Origin: Acutalibacteraceae bacterium
GTDB lineage: Bacteria > Bacillota > Clostridia > Oscillospirales > Acutalibacteraceae
Direction: 5' to 3'
Assembly (NCBI GenBank): GCA_045579365.1
Contig: JAZNLZ010000021.1
Location: 37,794-101,793, forward strand
DNA: 64,000 nucleotides
A model generated the notes under the pieces. That model had not been told where the DNA came from, did not search any database, and worked only from the letters and a program-made list of their open reading frames with translations. Positions 1 to 9,019 of the stretch are shown piece by piece (position 1 is the stretch's first letter; each line of letters begins with the position of its first letter). The translations under genes were made by a program, and so were the position numbers.

Positions 1-971
1 GTGTTAATAAGTGCGATAAAATTGGTGAGACTCCTATGGAGTTTTACGAGTTTTACAATTTAGGTCTTGGAGACCCCATTGCTGTTTCTTCGGTTCACGG
101 TCATGGCACCGGCGACCTTTTGGATGCAGTTATGGAGCATATTGATGATGCTGAATTTGAAGAGACCGATGAAGATGTAATTAATGTAGCCGTTATCGGC
201 AAACCTAATGCAGGTAAATCCTCGCTTATAAACTTCATTTCGGGTGAGGAACGCTCCATTGTTTCTAACATTGCAGGTACAACCCGTGATGCTATTGACA
301 CCAAGGTTACCAAGGATGGAGTAAATTATAACTTTATCGATACTGCCGGTCTTCGTCGCAAATCAAAGGTTGAAGATAATATTGAAAAATACAGTGTTTT
401 ACGTGCAAAAATGGCTATTGACCGTGCCGATGTTTGCGTTATTATGATTGATGGTGTTGATGGTTTTACCGAGCAAGATTCCAAGGTTGCAGGTTTGGCT
501 TTGGAAGAGGGTAAGGCTTGTATTATTGCCGTTAACAAGTGGGATGCTGTTGATAAAGACGGTACCACAATGGACGCTTATCGCAAAAAGTTGATGGTAG
601 ATTTCTCCTTTATGCCTTATGCTCCCATTATCTTTATTTCGGCAAAAACAGGTCAGCGTGTGGATAGACTTTTTGAACTTATCAAATACGTTAACGAGCA
701 AAATACCATGCGTATTTCTACAGGTATGCTTAACGATATTTTGGCAGATGCTACTGCTCGTGTTCAACCACCCACAGACAAGGGAAAGAGACTTAAGATT
801 TATTATATGACTCAGGCTTCAACCAAGCCACCCACATTTGTTTGTTTTTGTAACAAGGCTGAACTTTTCCATTTTTCTTATCAGCGTTATTTGGAAAATC
901 AAATTCGTTCAACCTTTGGACTTGAGGGTACACCCGTCAGGTTTGTTATTCGCGAAAGGGGAGACAAATAA
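1..971 (+). CDS. der: GTPase Der/EngA, C-terminal part (5' end is upstream of the window)
   Basis: The frame is open from nt 3 (VNKCDK = NKxD box of G-domain 1). The second G domain shows GKPNAGKSS, DTAG and NKWD, followed by a KH-like tail. der-plsY-gpsA synteny supports the call. Confidence 0.9.
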   Translation, partial: VNKCDKIGETPMEFYEFYNLGLGDPIAVSSVHGHGTGDLLDAVMEHIDDAEFEETDEDVINVAVIGKPNAGKSSLINFISGEERSIVSNIAGTTRDAIDTKVTKDGVNYNFIDTAGLRRKSKVEDNIEKYSVLRAKMAIDRADVCVIMIDGVDGFTEQDSKVAGLALEEGKACIIAVNKWDAVDKDGTTMDAYRKKLMVDFSFMPYAPIIFISAKTGQRVDRLFELIKYVNEQNTMRISTGMLNDILADATARVQPPTDKGKRLKIYYMTQASTKPPTFVCFCNKAELFHFSYQRYLENQIRSTFGLEGTPVRFVIRERGDK

Positions 972-1609
972 TGGCTATTGCTGCTATTGTTGTTTTGGCT
1001 TATTTATTAGGAAGTATAAATTTTGCTGTAATTTTCAGTAAGATTTTTATGAAAAAGGATGTTCGTGAAGTTGGAAGCGGAAACGCAGGTACTACTAATG
1101 TTATGCGTAGTGCAGGTTTTGTCCCCGGAGCATTAACCTTTTTGTGCGATGCTTTAAAGGGCTTTGTGGCTTGTTATGTCGGAAAAATGGTGTTCCAAAC
1201 TTTAAGCGATGTTCGTGGTGATGATTTAGGAGTTTTGGGCGCTTATATATGTGGTTTACTTTGTATGATAGGCCATGTGTTCCCGGTATTCTTTAAATTT
1301 AAGGGTGGTAAAGGCGTTGCCACAAGTGTTGGCATTTTCTCCGTTTGTGCGCCTATTGCCATCGTTTTGGGACTTGCTGTTTTTGCAGTTATAACCTTAA
1401 CCACAAAATATGTCTCCTTGGCTTCTCTCAGTGCAACCGTTGTGGTTGTTGTGACTTCGGTTATATTCAGACTCACCGATGGATATTTGGTTTGGCAAAT
1501 TGTTTTGGCTGTTTGTATGGGACTTGTTGTCTTTTTAAAGCACGGTGACAATATTAAAAGACTTTTAAACGGTACCGAGAACAAGGTTGGAGGTAAAAAG
1601 CATGGCTAA
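971..1609 (+). CDS. plsY: Acyl-phosphate:glycerol-3-phosphate acyltransferase PlsY
   Basis: Polytopic 212-aa protein with the GSGNAGTTN motif. Its ATG overlaps the der stop (TAATG). Confidence 0.9.
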   Translation: MAIAAIVVLAYLLGSINFAVIFSKIFMKKDVREVGSGNAGTTNVMRSAGFVPGALTFLCDALKGFVACYVGKMVFQTLSDVRGDDLGVLGAYICGLLCMIGHVFPVFFKFKGGKGVATSVGIFSVCAPIAIVLGLAVFAVITLTTKYVSLASLSATVVVVVTSVIFRLTDGYLVWQIVLAVCMGLVVFLKHGDNIKRLLNGTENKVGGKKHG

Positions 1610-2585
1610 AATAACTGTTTTAGGTTCAGGTGGTTGGGGCATGGCCTTGGCTATGTCTGCTTTTGACAAAGGTTGCGATGTTACTCTTTGGTCTCCTTTC
1701 AAAGAGGAAGTTGAGAATTTAAAGAGTACTCGTACCAATGAAAAACTTTTAAAAGGTATATATTTGCCCGAAGATATCAATATTACTGACGATTTATCGG
1801 TTGTTGAGGGAGATACTTTAACTATTATTGCAACTCCATCAACGGCAGTTCGTGAAGTTGCGAGAAAACTTAAAGAATATAAAGATTTTGGAATTGTTGT
1901 CAATGTTTCAAAGGGTTTTGAAAAGGGAAGTTTGAAAAGACTTTCCGAAGTTGTTTCGGAAGAAATCCCCGATACTCCCATTGTTGCACTGACAGGACCT
2001 TCCCACGCCGAAGAAGTGGCAAGAAAAATGCCCACATCCATCGTTGCAGCGTCTAATTCTTTGGCTGCAGCTCAGGTAGTTCAAAACATAATGTCAAGTC
2101 AATATCTCAAGATTTACACATCGGGAGATATTATCGGCGCCGAACTTGGTGGAGCGCTTAAAAATATTGTTGCCATTGCTGCCGGTGTTTGTGGTGGTTT
2201 AGGTCTTGGCGATAATACAAGGGCTGCCTTAATTACAAGAGGTATGACCGAAATGGCAAGACTTGGTGTTTGTATGGGCGCTAAAGGCCAGACTTTCACA
2301 GGTCTTACCGGAATAGGTGACTTGATAGTTACCTGTATGTCTGACCACAGCCGTAATAACCGTTTTGGAAAGAAACTGGGTCAAGGTGTTTCGGTTAAGG
2401 ATGCTCTCGAGCAGGTTGGAACGGTTGAGGGATATTATGCTGCCGAAATGGCGCATAATTTATCTATAAAATATGGCATTGAATTACCGATTATAAGTGC
2501 TTGTTATAAGGTAATGTATGAAGGCAAAGATATTAAACAAGCCTTGTTTGATTTAATGGAACGCCCCGGAAGAAGCGAACATTAA
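1602..2585 (+). CDS. gpsA: NAD(P)H-dependent glycerol-3-phosphate dehydrogenase
   Basis: N-terminal Rossmann motif ITVLGSGGWG and GLGDNT/ALITRG motifs. I chose the ATG at 1602 because GGAGGT lies 8 nt upstream. The ORF-track start at 1587 is less likely. Confidence 0.9.
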   Translation: MAKITVLGSGGWGMALAMSAFDKGCDVTLWSPFKEEVENLKSTRTNEKLLKGIYLPEDINITDDLSVVEGDTLTIIATPSTAVREVARKLKEYKDFGIVVNVSKGFEKGSLKRLSEVVSEEIPDTPIVALTGPSHAEEVARKMPTSIVAASNSLAAAQVVQNIMSSQYLKIYTSGDIIGAELGGALKNIVAIAAGVCGGLGLGDNTRAALITRGMTEMARLGVCMGAKGQTFTGLTGIGDLIVTCMSDHSRNNRFGKKLGQGVSVKDALEQVGTVEGYYAAEMAHNLSIKYGIELPIISACYKVMYEGKDIKQALFDLMERPGRSEH

Positions 2586-2602
2586 ATTTTTTAAAAAAAT
2601 AC

Positions 2603-2631
2603 TTGATTTTTGATACTCTTTGTGGTAATAT
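2603..2631 (+). promoter_or_regulatory. Sigma-A type promoter for rpmB
   Basis: TTGATT, a 17-nt spacer, then TAATAT preceded by TGg (extended -10). Confidence 0.4.
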
Positions 2632-2698
2632 AGTTTTTGCTATGCGACCGACGGGTATAAAAATCGTAAGGTACGCAAAACAAAAGGAGGTGCAGACC

Positions 2699-2887
2699 AT
2701 GGCTAAATGTGATATCTGCAACAAAGAAATTGCTTTCGGTATTAAGGTTTCTCACTCACACAGACGTAGTAACAGAACTTGGAAGCCAAACGTTAAGAAG
2801 GTTAAGGCAATCGTAAACGGTTCGCCTCGCCGTATCAATGTTTGCACCCGTTGTTTACGTTCAGGTAAGGTTACCAGAGCTATCTAA
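2699..2887 (+). CDS. rpmB: 50S ribosomal protein L28
   Basis: MAKCDICNK...SHSHRRSNRTWKPNV is the L28 signature. AAGGAGG lies 9 nt upstream of the ATG at 2699. The longer ORF-track start is not supported. Confidence 0.92.
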   Translation: MAKCDICNKEIAFGIKVSHSHRRSNRTWKPNVKKVKAIVNGSPRRINVCTRCLRSGKVTRAI

Positions 2888-2904
2888 TATTTCTTGCAAA
2901 ATGA

Positions 2905-2935
2905 CCCTCAGCTTTGGCTGGGGGATTTTTGTTTT
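2905..2935 (+). terminator. Rho-independent terminator after rpmB
   Basis: CCCTCAGC-TTTG-GCTGGGGG stem (one G.U pair) followed by ATTTTTGTTTT. Confidence 0.7.
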
Positions 2936-2952
2936 AAGAAAGGATGTTTAAA

Positions 2953-3612
2953 ATGATAAAAGCCTTATTGTTCGATTTGGACGGAACGCTGGTTAATTCT
3001 CTTTTCGATTTAAGTTGCAGTACAAATTTTGCACTCACTAAAATGGGCTTCCCAACCCACGAAACCGAAAAGTTTAAATATTTTGTTGGGGACGGTATGT
3101 CCAAACTCATAGAACGTGCCTTGCCCGAGGAAAAAAGGAACAACGAAACCATAAAAACCACATTGGATATTTTTATGGACCATTATAGAGAACATTTTGT
3201 TGATAAAACTGTGGCTTATGATGGAATTTCAGAATTGCTCGATAGCTTATCCGATTATAAAATGGCTGTGGTTTCTAACAAAATTCAGGAAATGGCAACC
3301 GTTGTAACCGAAAAACTTTTAGGTGATAAATTTCAAATAGTTTGTGGCAAAAGGGAAGGCTACCCCACAAAACCCGACCCCACACTTACCCTTGAAATTA
3401 TAAACGAGTTGGGTGTTAAGCCCGAAGAATGCTTGTTTATCGGCGATTCGGGAATGGATATGGCAGTGGCAAAAAACGCATCTTGCGTTGGCGTTGGTGT
3501 TCTTTGGGGATTTAGAAAAGAAGATGAATTGCGTGAAAACGGCGCCGATTATATTGTGTCGGCTCCTTATGATATACTAGGCATTTTAAAGGAAATTAAT
3601 AATGAAAAATAA
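2953..3612 (+). CDS. HAD-superfamily hydrolase, phosphoglycolate-phosphatase-like
   Basis: DLDGTLVNS (motif I), VSNK (motif II) and GDSGMD (motif IV). I preferred the ATG at 2953 because of its spacing to GAAAGG. Confidence 0.8.
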   Translation: MIKALLFDLDGTLVNSLFDLSCSTNFALTKMGFPTHETEKFKYFVGDGMSKLIERALPEEKRNNETIKTTLDIFMDHYREHFVDKTVAYDGISELLDSLSDYKMAVVSNKIQEMATVVTEKLLGDKFQIVCGKREGYPTKPDPTLTLEIINELGVKPEECLFIGDSGMDMAVAKNASCVGVGVLWGFRKEDELRENGADYIVSAPYDILGILKEINNEK

Positions 3613-4780
3613 TTTTCGCATAACAAAATTTGTTTGTTATATCGGTTTTGTTGTTCAGGCCATTATCAATAATTTTTTACCCATACTTTTCGTTTGTTTG
3701 CAGGATAATTATGGACTGAATTATGAAAAGTTGGCTCGACTTATTGTTGTGAATTTCGGCGCTCAAATGGGTGTTGATTTGCTGACCCCTAAAATCACAA
3801 AACATTTAGGATACAGGGCAACGGCCTTTCTTTCACAGTTTACGGCAGCCATGGGTCTTGTTATGATGTCTGTCTTGCCTAATGTTATGGTGAATAAATA
3901 TCTTGCCATAAGCATTTCGGCAGTTATGTACGCCTGTGGCAGTGGCCTTATGGAGGTTGTTTTAAGCCCTATGGTGGAAATCTTGCCTTCGGATAATAAG
4001 CGTGGAAGTATGCAAATTCTTCACTCGTTTTATTGTTGGGGACAGGCCTTTACGATTATCGGAACAACCATTTTAATAGGTCTTTTAGGTTCAAAAAACT
4101 GGAGTTTTGTTCCACTTGTTTGGGCCATAATTCCATTTGTTAATGCCTTTTGTTTCTTAAAGGTGCCAATAATAACACCACCTGCCGACCAAAAGTTGGC
4201 AAGTCTTGGCAGTCTTTTGAAAAGAAGACAGTTCAGAGGATATATGATAATGATGCTTTGCGCCGGTGCAGCCGAGGTTACCATGGCTCAGTGGGCCTCC
4301 CTTTTTGCTCAAAGAGGTTTGGGAGTTAGCAAGGTTATAGGCGATTTAGCAGGTCCTTGTGCCTTTGCTTTGTTTATGGCATCGGGCAGGGTGATTTACG
4401 GCATTAATGCTAAAAAAATTGACTTTAAAAAGGCAATGCTGACCCTTAGTATTTTTTCGGCTGTTTGCTATTTAGGTGTTGCTATCACACAAAACGCAAT
4501 ACTTTCTTTGTGTTTTTGCGCCCTTTGTGGTTTAACGGTTAGCATTTTTTGGCCTGCAATTTATTCCCAAGGTGCCATTGATTTTAGCGATGGTGGTATG
4601 GTAATGTATAGCGTCTTTGCCATGTGTGGAGATGTGGGATGTGCGTTGGGTCCTTGGATTTTAGGAATTGTTGCCGATAGTTTCGGTTTGAACTTAGGTT
4701 TTGGTGTAACAAGTGTATTTTCAATTTTGATGTTAATTTGCACCCTTACCTTTGTGAAATCAAAAAAATATTGCAAATAG
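3602..4780 (+). CDS. MFS-type transporter (substrate unknown)
   Basis: 392 aa with about 12 predicted hydrophobic helices in two halves. The start overlaps the upstream stop. Confidence 0.65.
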   Translation: MKNNFRITKFVCYIGFVVQAIINNFLPILFVCLQDNYGLNYEKLARLIVVNFGAQMGVDLLTPKITKHLGYRATAFLSQFTAAMGLVMMSVLPNVMVNKYLAISISAVMYACGSGLMEVVLSPMVEILPSDNKRGSMQILHSFYCWGQAFTIIGTTILIGLLGSKNWSFVPLVWAIIPFVNAFCFLKVPIITPPADQKLASLGSLLKRRQFRGYMIMMLCAGAAEVTMAQWASLFAQRGLGVSKVIGDLAGPCAFALFMASGRVIYGINAKKIDFKKAMLTLSIFSAVCYLGVAITQNAILSLCFCALCGLTVSIFWPAIYSQGAIDFSDGGMVMYSVFAMCGDVGCALGPWILGIVADSFGLNLGFGVTSVFSILMLICTLTFVKSKKYCK

Positions 4781-4819
4781 ACAAAAAATAATATAAAATA
4801 CCTTTATGAGGTGAAGAAT

Positions 4820-5299
4820 ATGAAGAGACAGGAATATTTAAGTTGGGATGAATACTTTATGGGTATTGCCGTTTTGTCGGCAAAAAGAAGTAAAGACCCT
4901 TCAACCCAAGTTGGCGCTTGTATTGTAAATAAGGATAAGAGAATTTTATCAATGGGTTATAACGGAATGCCCCGTTGTTGCAGTGATGATGAATTCCCTT
5001 GGGATAAAAATGATAATCCTTTGGATTCTAAATATCTTTATGTTTGCCACGCTGAACTTAATGCAATTTTAAATTGTGACCGTGGAAATGTTAGAGATTG
5101 CATTGTTTACACAACCCTTTTCCCTTGTAACGAATGCGCTAAAGCTATTATTCAGTCGGGTATTTCCGAGGTTGTTTATATGGAAGATAAATATTCCGAT
5201 TCTGACAGTGTAATTGCTTCTAAAAGAATGTTTGACACTGCAGGTGTTAAATATCGCCTTTATAATAAAAGTGATAAAAAGTTGGAAGTTTCTCTTTAA
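4820..5299 (+). CDS. comEB: Deoxycytidylate (dCMP) deaminase, ComEB family
   Basis: Zinc-deaminase motifs HAELNA and PCNECAKAI. GAGGTG lies 7 nt upstream of the ATG at 4820. Confidence 0.85.
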   Translation: MKRQEYLSWDEYFMGIAVLSAKRSKDPSTQVGACIVNKDKRILSMGYNGMPRCCSDDEFPWDKNDNPLDSKYLYVCHAELNAILNCDRGNVRDCIVYTTLFPCNECAKAIIQSGISEVVYMEDKYSDSDSVIASKRMFDTAGVKYRLYNKSDKKLEVSL

Positions 5300-5320
5300 A
5301 AATTGTTTACAAAATTTTCC

Positions 5321-5349
5321 TTGCATATTTTTTGAGGATGTCATATAAT
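5321..5349 (+). promoter_or_regulatory. Sigma-A type promoter for the riboswitch/ATPase transcript
   Basis: TTGCAT, a 17-nt spacer, then TATAAT. Confidence 0.55.
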
Positions 5350-5355
5350 ATGATT

Positions 5356-5473
5356 AATAAGGGAGTAGTCGGCAAATTTATTTGCGATGGTATCAACATC
5401 AAGTGGCTTATCCACTGGTATCATATGAAACGGCGAGACTTATCGAAATTTAGGCGATAAGTCTCGCTTTTTG
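5356..5473 (+). promoter_or_regulatory. Candidate yybP-ykoY (Mn2+) riboswitch with an intrinsic-terminator expression platform
   Basis: The 5' AUAAG-GGGAGUAG and the 3' GCGAGAC-CUUAU are complementary outer strands that flank the two conserved loop motifs of the family. The 3' strand overlaps the 5' arm of a 13-bp terminator (GCGAGACTTATCG...CGATAAGTCTCGC+TTTTT, 5433-5473). The downstream gene is a P-type cation ATPase, a known regulon member. Confidence 0.55.
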
Positions 5474-5489
5474 ATTTAGGAGTTGTTTT

Positions 5490-8096
5490 ATGAAAAATTT
5501 TGCAAAACCCCAAGACGAACTTTTAAAAGAGTTGTGTGTTGACCCTAAGGTTGGTTTAAGTGCCACTCAGGTTAAGGAAAGACTTGAGAAATACGGCGAA
5601 AACCGATTAAGGGAAAAGAAAAAGAAGAGCGCTTTGGCTCGCTTTTTCGACCAATTTAAGGATGTAATGATTATTATTTTAATCATTGCTGCAATCATTT
5701 CTTTTGCAGTGGTGGTTGTGGAGAAAAATTGGGGCGAACTTTTTGAACCTGCCCTTATTTTGCTGATAGTAATTTTAAATGCCGTTATGGGTGTTTACCA
5801 AGAAGGTAAGGCCGAAAAGGCCCTTGATGCCCTTAAAAATATGTCGGCGCCCCACGCCCGAGTTTTGCGTGATGGTGTTGAGACTGTTATAGATGCTTCC
5901 CAGTTGGTTGTGGGTGACATTATTCGCCTTGAAGCAGGTGATTTTGTTCCTGCTGATGCCCGTTTGCTATTCTCGGCAGGTCTTAAAAGCGAGGAGTCGG
6001 CCTTAACAGGTGAATCGGTGCCAAGCGAGAAAGATTACTCGGCCCAGATTGATGAAAACGCACCTTTGGGCGACCGTAGCAATATGGTATTTTCGGGTTG
6101 TAGCATCACTTACGGTACTGCAACTGCTGTGGTAACTGCTACCGGTATGGATACCGAAATGGGTAAAATCGCCGGTCTTTTAGAGGGTGAAAAAAACACC
6201 CAAACCCCTTTACAGAGAAAGTTGGCACAACTTGGTAAATACTTAGGTATTGTGGCTTTGGGTGCTTGTGCGGTTATCTTTGTTGTGGGTCTTTTAAATG
6301 ATATCCCACCCCTTGAAATATTTATGACATCGGTTTCCTTGGCTGTGTCGGCAATTCCTGAAGGTTTGCCTGCAATTGTAACCATCGTTTTATCAATCGG
6401 CGTTCAGCGTATGGCATCTAAAAATGCCCTTATTCGCCGTTTGCCTGCCGTTGAAACTTTGGGTAGCGCATCGGTAATTTGTTCCGATAAAACAGGAACA
6501 CTTACTCAAAACCGTATGACCTTAGTTAAGGCTTATGTTGAGGGTGGAGAAGTGGAAGAAATCACCACTGAAAACTCGGCTAACATTAGAAAACTCCTTG
6601 ACTTTGCAACCCTTTGTTGCGATGGTAATGTTATCTTTAGCGATGAGGGTGAGGAGCATATCGGAGACCCTACTGAAACTGCAATCATCGTGGCATCCCA
6701 CAAAAACGGTAGTGAAAAGTCGGCTTTAAATGAAAAATATCCCCGTTTGGGTGAAATTCCTTTCGATTCCGACCGAAAGTTGATGACAACGGTTAATAAT
6801 ATTGACGGTAAAATTACCGTTATCGTTAAGGGTGCATTTGATATGCTTGCCGACCGTTGTGTTGCAGGTGATATGGCAAAAGCCAAAGAAATCACCGAAA
6901 ATATGAGTGCCGATGCATTACGTGTTTTGGCAGTGGCTTATAAAATTATTGATGAAGTACCTTCCGAATTTGCAACCGAAGATTTGGAAAAAGACCTTAC
7001 ATTTGTGGGTCTTATGGGTATGATAGACCCTCCGAGACCTGAAGCTAAAAAGGCCGTTGAGGAGTGCTTAAAGGCCGGTATTAAGCCTGTTATGATAACC
7101 GGCGACCACGTTATTACTGCTTCGGCTATTGCTAAGGCTTTAGGCATTATGAAGGATGGAGATATGGCTATTACAGGCGCCGAACTTGATGCTATGAGCG
7201 ATGATGAGTTAGACTCGAAAATCTCTAAAATTTCGGTTTACGCCCGTGTTTCCCCCGAAAACAAAATCCGTATTGTAAAGGCTTGGCAAAGAAAAGGTCA
7301 GGTTGTTTCAATGACGGGTGACGGTGTTAACGATGCTCCTGCATTAAAGGCAGCAGACATTGGTTGCGCAATGGGTATTACGGGTACCGACGTTGCAAAA
7401 AGCGCTTCGGATATGACCCTTACTGACGACAACTTTGCAACAATTGTTGATGCAGTTAGAGAGGGTAGAGGTATCTACGCTAACATTAAAAAGGTTGTTT
7501 CTTTCTTGCTTGGTACAAACATCGGTGAGGTTATTACTGTGTTTGTGGCAATGCTTTTGTGGCATAAAACACCTTTACTTTCAATGCAACTTTTATGGAT
7601 TAACCTTGTAACCGACTCGCTTCCTGCAATTGCTCTTGGTATGGAGCCTGTTGAAAAGGATATTATGAACTACAAACCTCGTCCCAAAACCGAAGGAATT
7701 TTTGCTCACGGTTTAGGTATTAAGGTTGTTTTACAGGGTATGATGTTCGCCCTTTTAACCTTGGTTGGCTTTAAATATGGCGAAGCCGTTACCGGTAGTT
7801 TGGCTGGTGGTCAAACCATGGCGTTTATCGTTTTGGCACTTTCTCAGGTTATTCAAAGCTTCAATATGCGTTCTGATTACTCGCTTTTCAAAATCGGTGC
7901 TTTCACCAACAAAAAGTTAAACGGAGCAGCAGCAATTTCTACTTTACTTGTTTTACTCGTATTGTTTACTCCTGCTCGTGTAGCATTTGGTCTTGAACTT
8001 TTACCCTTGGGACTTTACGTTATGGCTTTAGCCCTTGTTTTTGTTCCCTTGGTTGTAATGGAAATTGCAAAACTTATCGGTTCTAAAAAGAATTAA
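5490..8096 (+). CDS. P-type (P2-class) cation-transporting ATPase, Ca2+/Mn2+ exporter type
   Basis: TGES, DKTGTLT (phosphorylation site), TGDGVNDAPALK, and about 10 TM helices over 868 aa. Confidence 0.9.
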   Translation: MKNFAKPQDELLKELCVDPKVGLSATQVKERLEKYGENRLREKKKKSALARFFDQFKDVMIIILIIAAIISFAVVVVEKNWGELFEPALILLIVILNAVMGVYQEGKAEKALDALKNMSAPHARVLRDGVETVIDASQLVVGDIIRLEAGDFVPADARLLFSAGLKSEESALTGESVPSEKDYSAQIDENAPLGDRSNMVFSGCSITYGTATAVVTATGMDTEMGKIAGLLEGEKNTQTPLQRKLAQLGKYLGIVALGACAVIFVVGLLNDIPPLEIFMTSVSLAVSAIPEGLPAIVTIVLSIGVQRMASKNALIRRLPAVETLGSASVICSDKTGTLTQNRMTLVKAYVEGGEVEEITTENSANIRKLLDFATLCCDGNVIFSDEGEEHIGDPTETAIIVASHKNGSEKSALNEKYPRLGEIPFDSDRKLMTTVNNIDGKITVIVKGAFDMLADRCVAGDMAKAKEITENMSADALRVLAVAYKIIDEVPSEFATEDLEKDLTFVGLMGMIDPPRPEAKKAVEECLKAGIKPVMITGDHVITASAIAKALGIMKDGDMAITGAELDAMSDDELDSKISKISVYARVSPENKIRIVKAWQRKGQVVSMTGDGVNDAPALKAADIGCAMGITGTDVAKSASDMTLTDDNFATIVDAVREGRGIYANIKKVVSFLLGTNIGEVITVFVAMLLWHKTPLLSMQLLWINLVTDSLPAIALGMEPVEKDIMNYKPRPKTEGIFAHGLGIKVVLQGMMFALLTLVGFKYGEAVTGSLAGGQTMAFIVLALSQVIQSFNMRSDYSLFKIGAFTNKKLNGAAAISTLLVLLVLFTPARVAFGLELLPLGLYVMALALVFVPLVVMEIAKLIGSKKN

Positions 8097-8103
8097 AACC
8101 AAT

Positions 8104-8134
8104 AAAAAAGAGTAGCTTTCGCTACTCTTTTTTG
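8104..8134. terminator. Bidirectional terminator between the convergent ATPase and nadE genes
   Basis: AAAAAA-GAGTAGC-TTTC-GCTACTC-TTTTTT. Confidence 0.8.
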
Positions 8135-8866
8135 TTATATTTCGGGTTTGAAACTTGGCATTAATTCAAGTTTAAATAGGTTTGCTTTGTGTTTTTTATC
8201 AATAAGTTCTTTTGTTTCAGGGTCATCGCAAATGCCTGTGCGAATGTATTTATCAAGGACAGCGTAGGTGAAACCTAAATTTTCTTCATCGGTCTTGTCG
8301 CAAAGACCGTCAATGGGAACCTTTTCAACTAAATCTTGGGGCAACCCTAAAATATGGCCGATTTGTTTTACCTCGGCAACGGTTAAGTGTGAGAGGGGAG
8401 AGAAATCGCCCACCGAGTCGCCGTAACGGGTGGAATAACCAACCCAGTCCTCGGACAAGTTGCAGGTATTAACAACACGTCCGTTGTTACTTTGGCTGAT
8501 GGCATAAAGAACGGTCATTCTAACCCTTGGGGGAATGTTTGTAACCGTTTGGGTTGTAATCTCCATACCCTCGGGTAAAGCGGCCGTTAAAGCCTTAATT
8601 GTTTCCTCAATATTTACAGTGTAATTTTTAATTCCGAGATGATTTACAAGTTTAATCGAACAGTCAATATCGGCTTGTTTTCCTTTTGGCATAAGCACAC
8701 CGATAACTCGGTTTTTGCCTAAAGCTTCAACACAAAGAGCAGCAGCAACCGAACTGTCCTTACCACCCGAAATGCCGATAACTGCGTTGCAATCGGGACC
8801 ACTTTTTTCAAAAAAATCTCTAATCCATTTTACACAATCATTTTTAATTTTTAATGCGTCAAACAT
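8135..8866 (-). CDS. nadE: NH3-dependent NAD+ synthetase
   Basis: PP-loop motif GISGGKDSSV and a 243-aa short NadE architecture. Confidence 0.88.
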   Translation of the reverse strand: MFDALKIKNDCVKWIRDFFEKSGPDCNAVIGISGGKDSSVAAALCVEALGKNRVIGVLMPKGKQADIDCSIKLVNHLGIKNYTVNIEETIKALTAALPEGMEITTQTVTNIPPRVRMTVLYAISQSNNGRVVNTCNLSEDWVGYSTRYGDSVGDFSPLSHLTVAEVKQIGHILGLPQDLVEKVPIDGLCDKTDEENLGFTYAVLDKYIRTGICDDPETKELIDKKHKANLFKLELMPSFKPEI

Positions 8867-8947
8867 ATTAAACCTCCGACTTGGGATATGTATATTTTAA
8901 GGCTTTTTTAAATGTTTGTCAATCTGTTAAAAAATAAATATATTTGC

Positions 8948-8976
8948 TTGAAAATTTGGGTCATTTGTGGTACAAT
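8948..8976 (+). promoter_or_regulatory. Sigma-A promoter for miaB-ricA(-mutSL)
   Basis: TTGAAA, a 17-nt spacer, then TACAAT with an upstream TGg (extended -10). Confidence 0.45.
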
Positions 8977-9019
8977 AAATCAATAATGGCGTTGTTATGT
9001 TTTAAAAGGAGAATAACAC

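Noticed and set aside
2632-2698. Possible structured ribosomal-protein leader upstream of rpmB (imperfect TGCGACC...GGTACGCA pairing).
   Set aside because: The pairing is imperfect and I know of no matching leader family. The evidence is insufficient.
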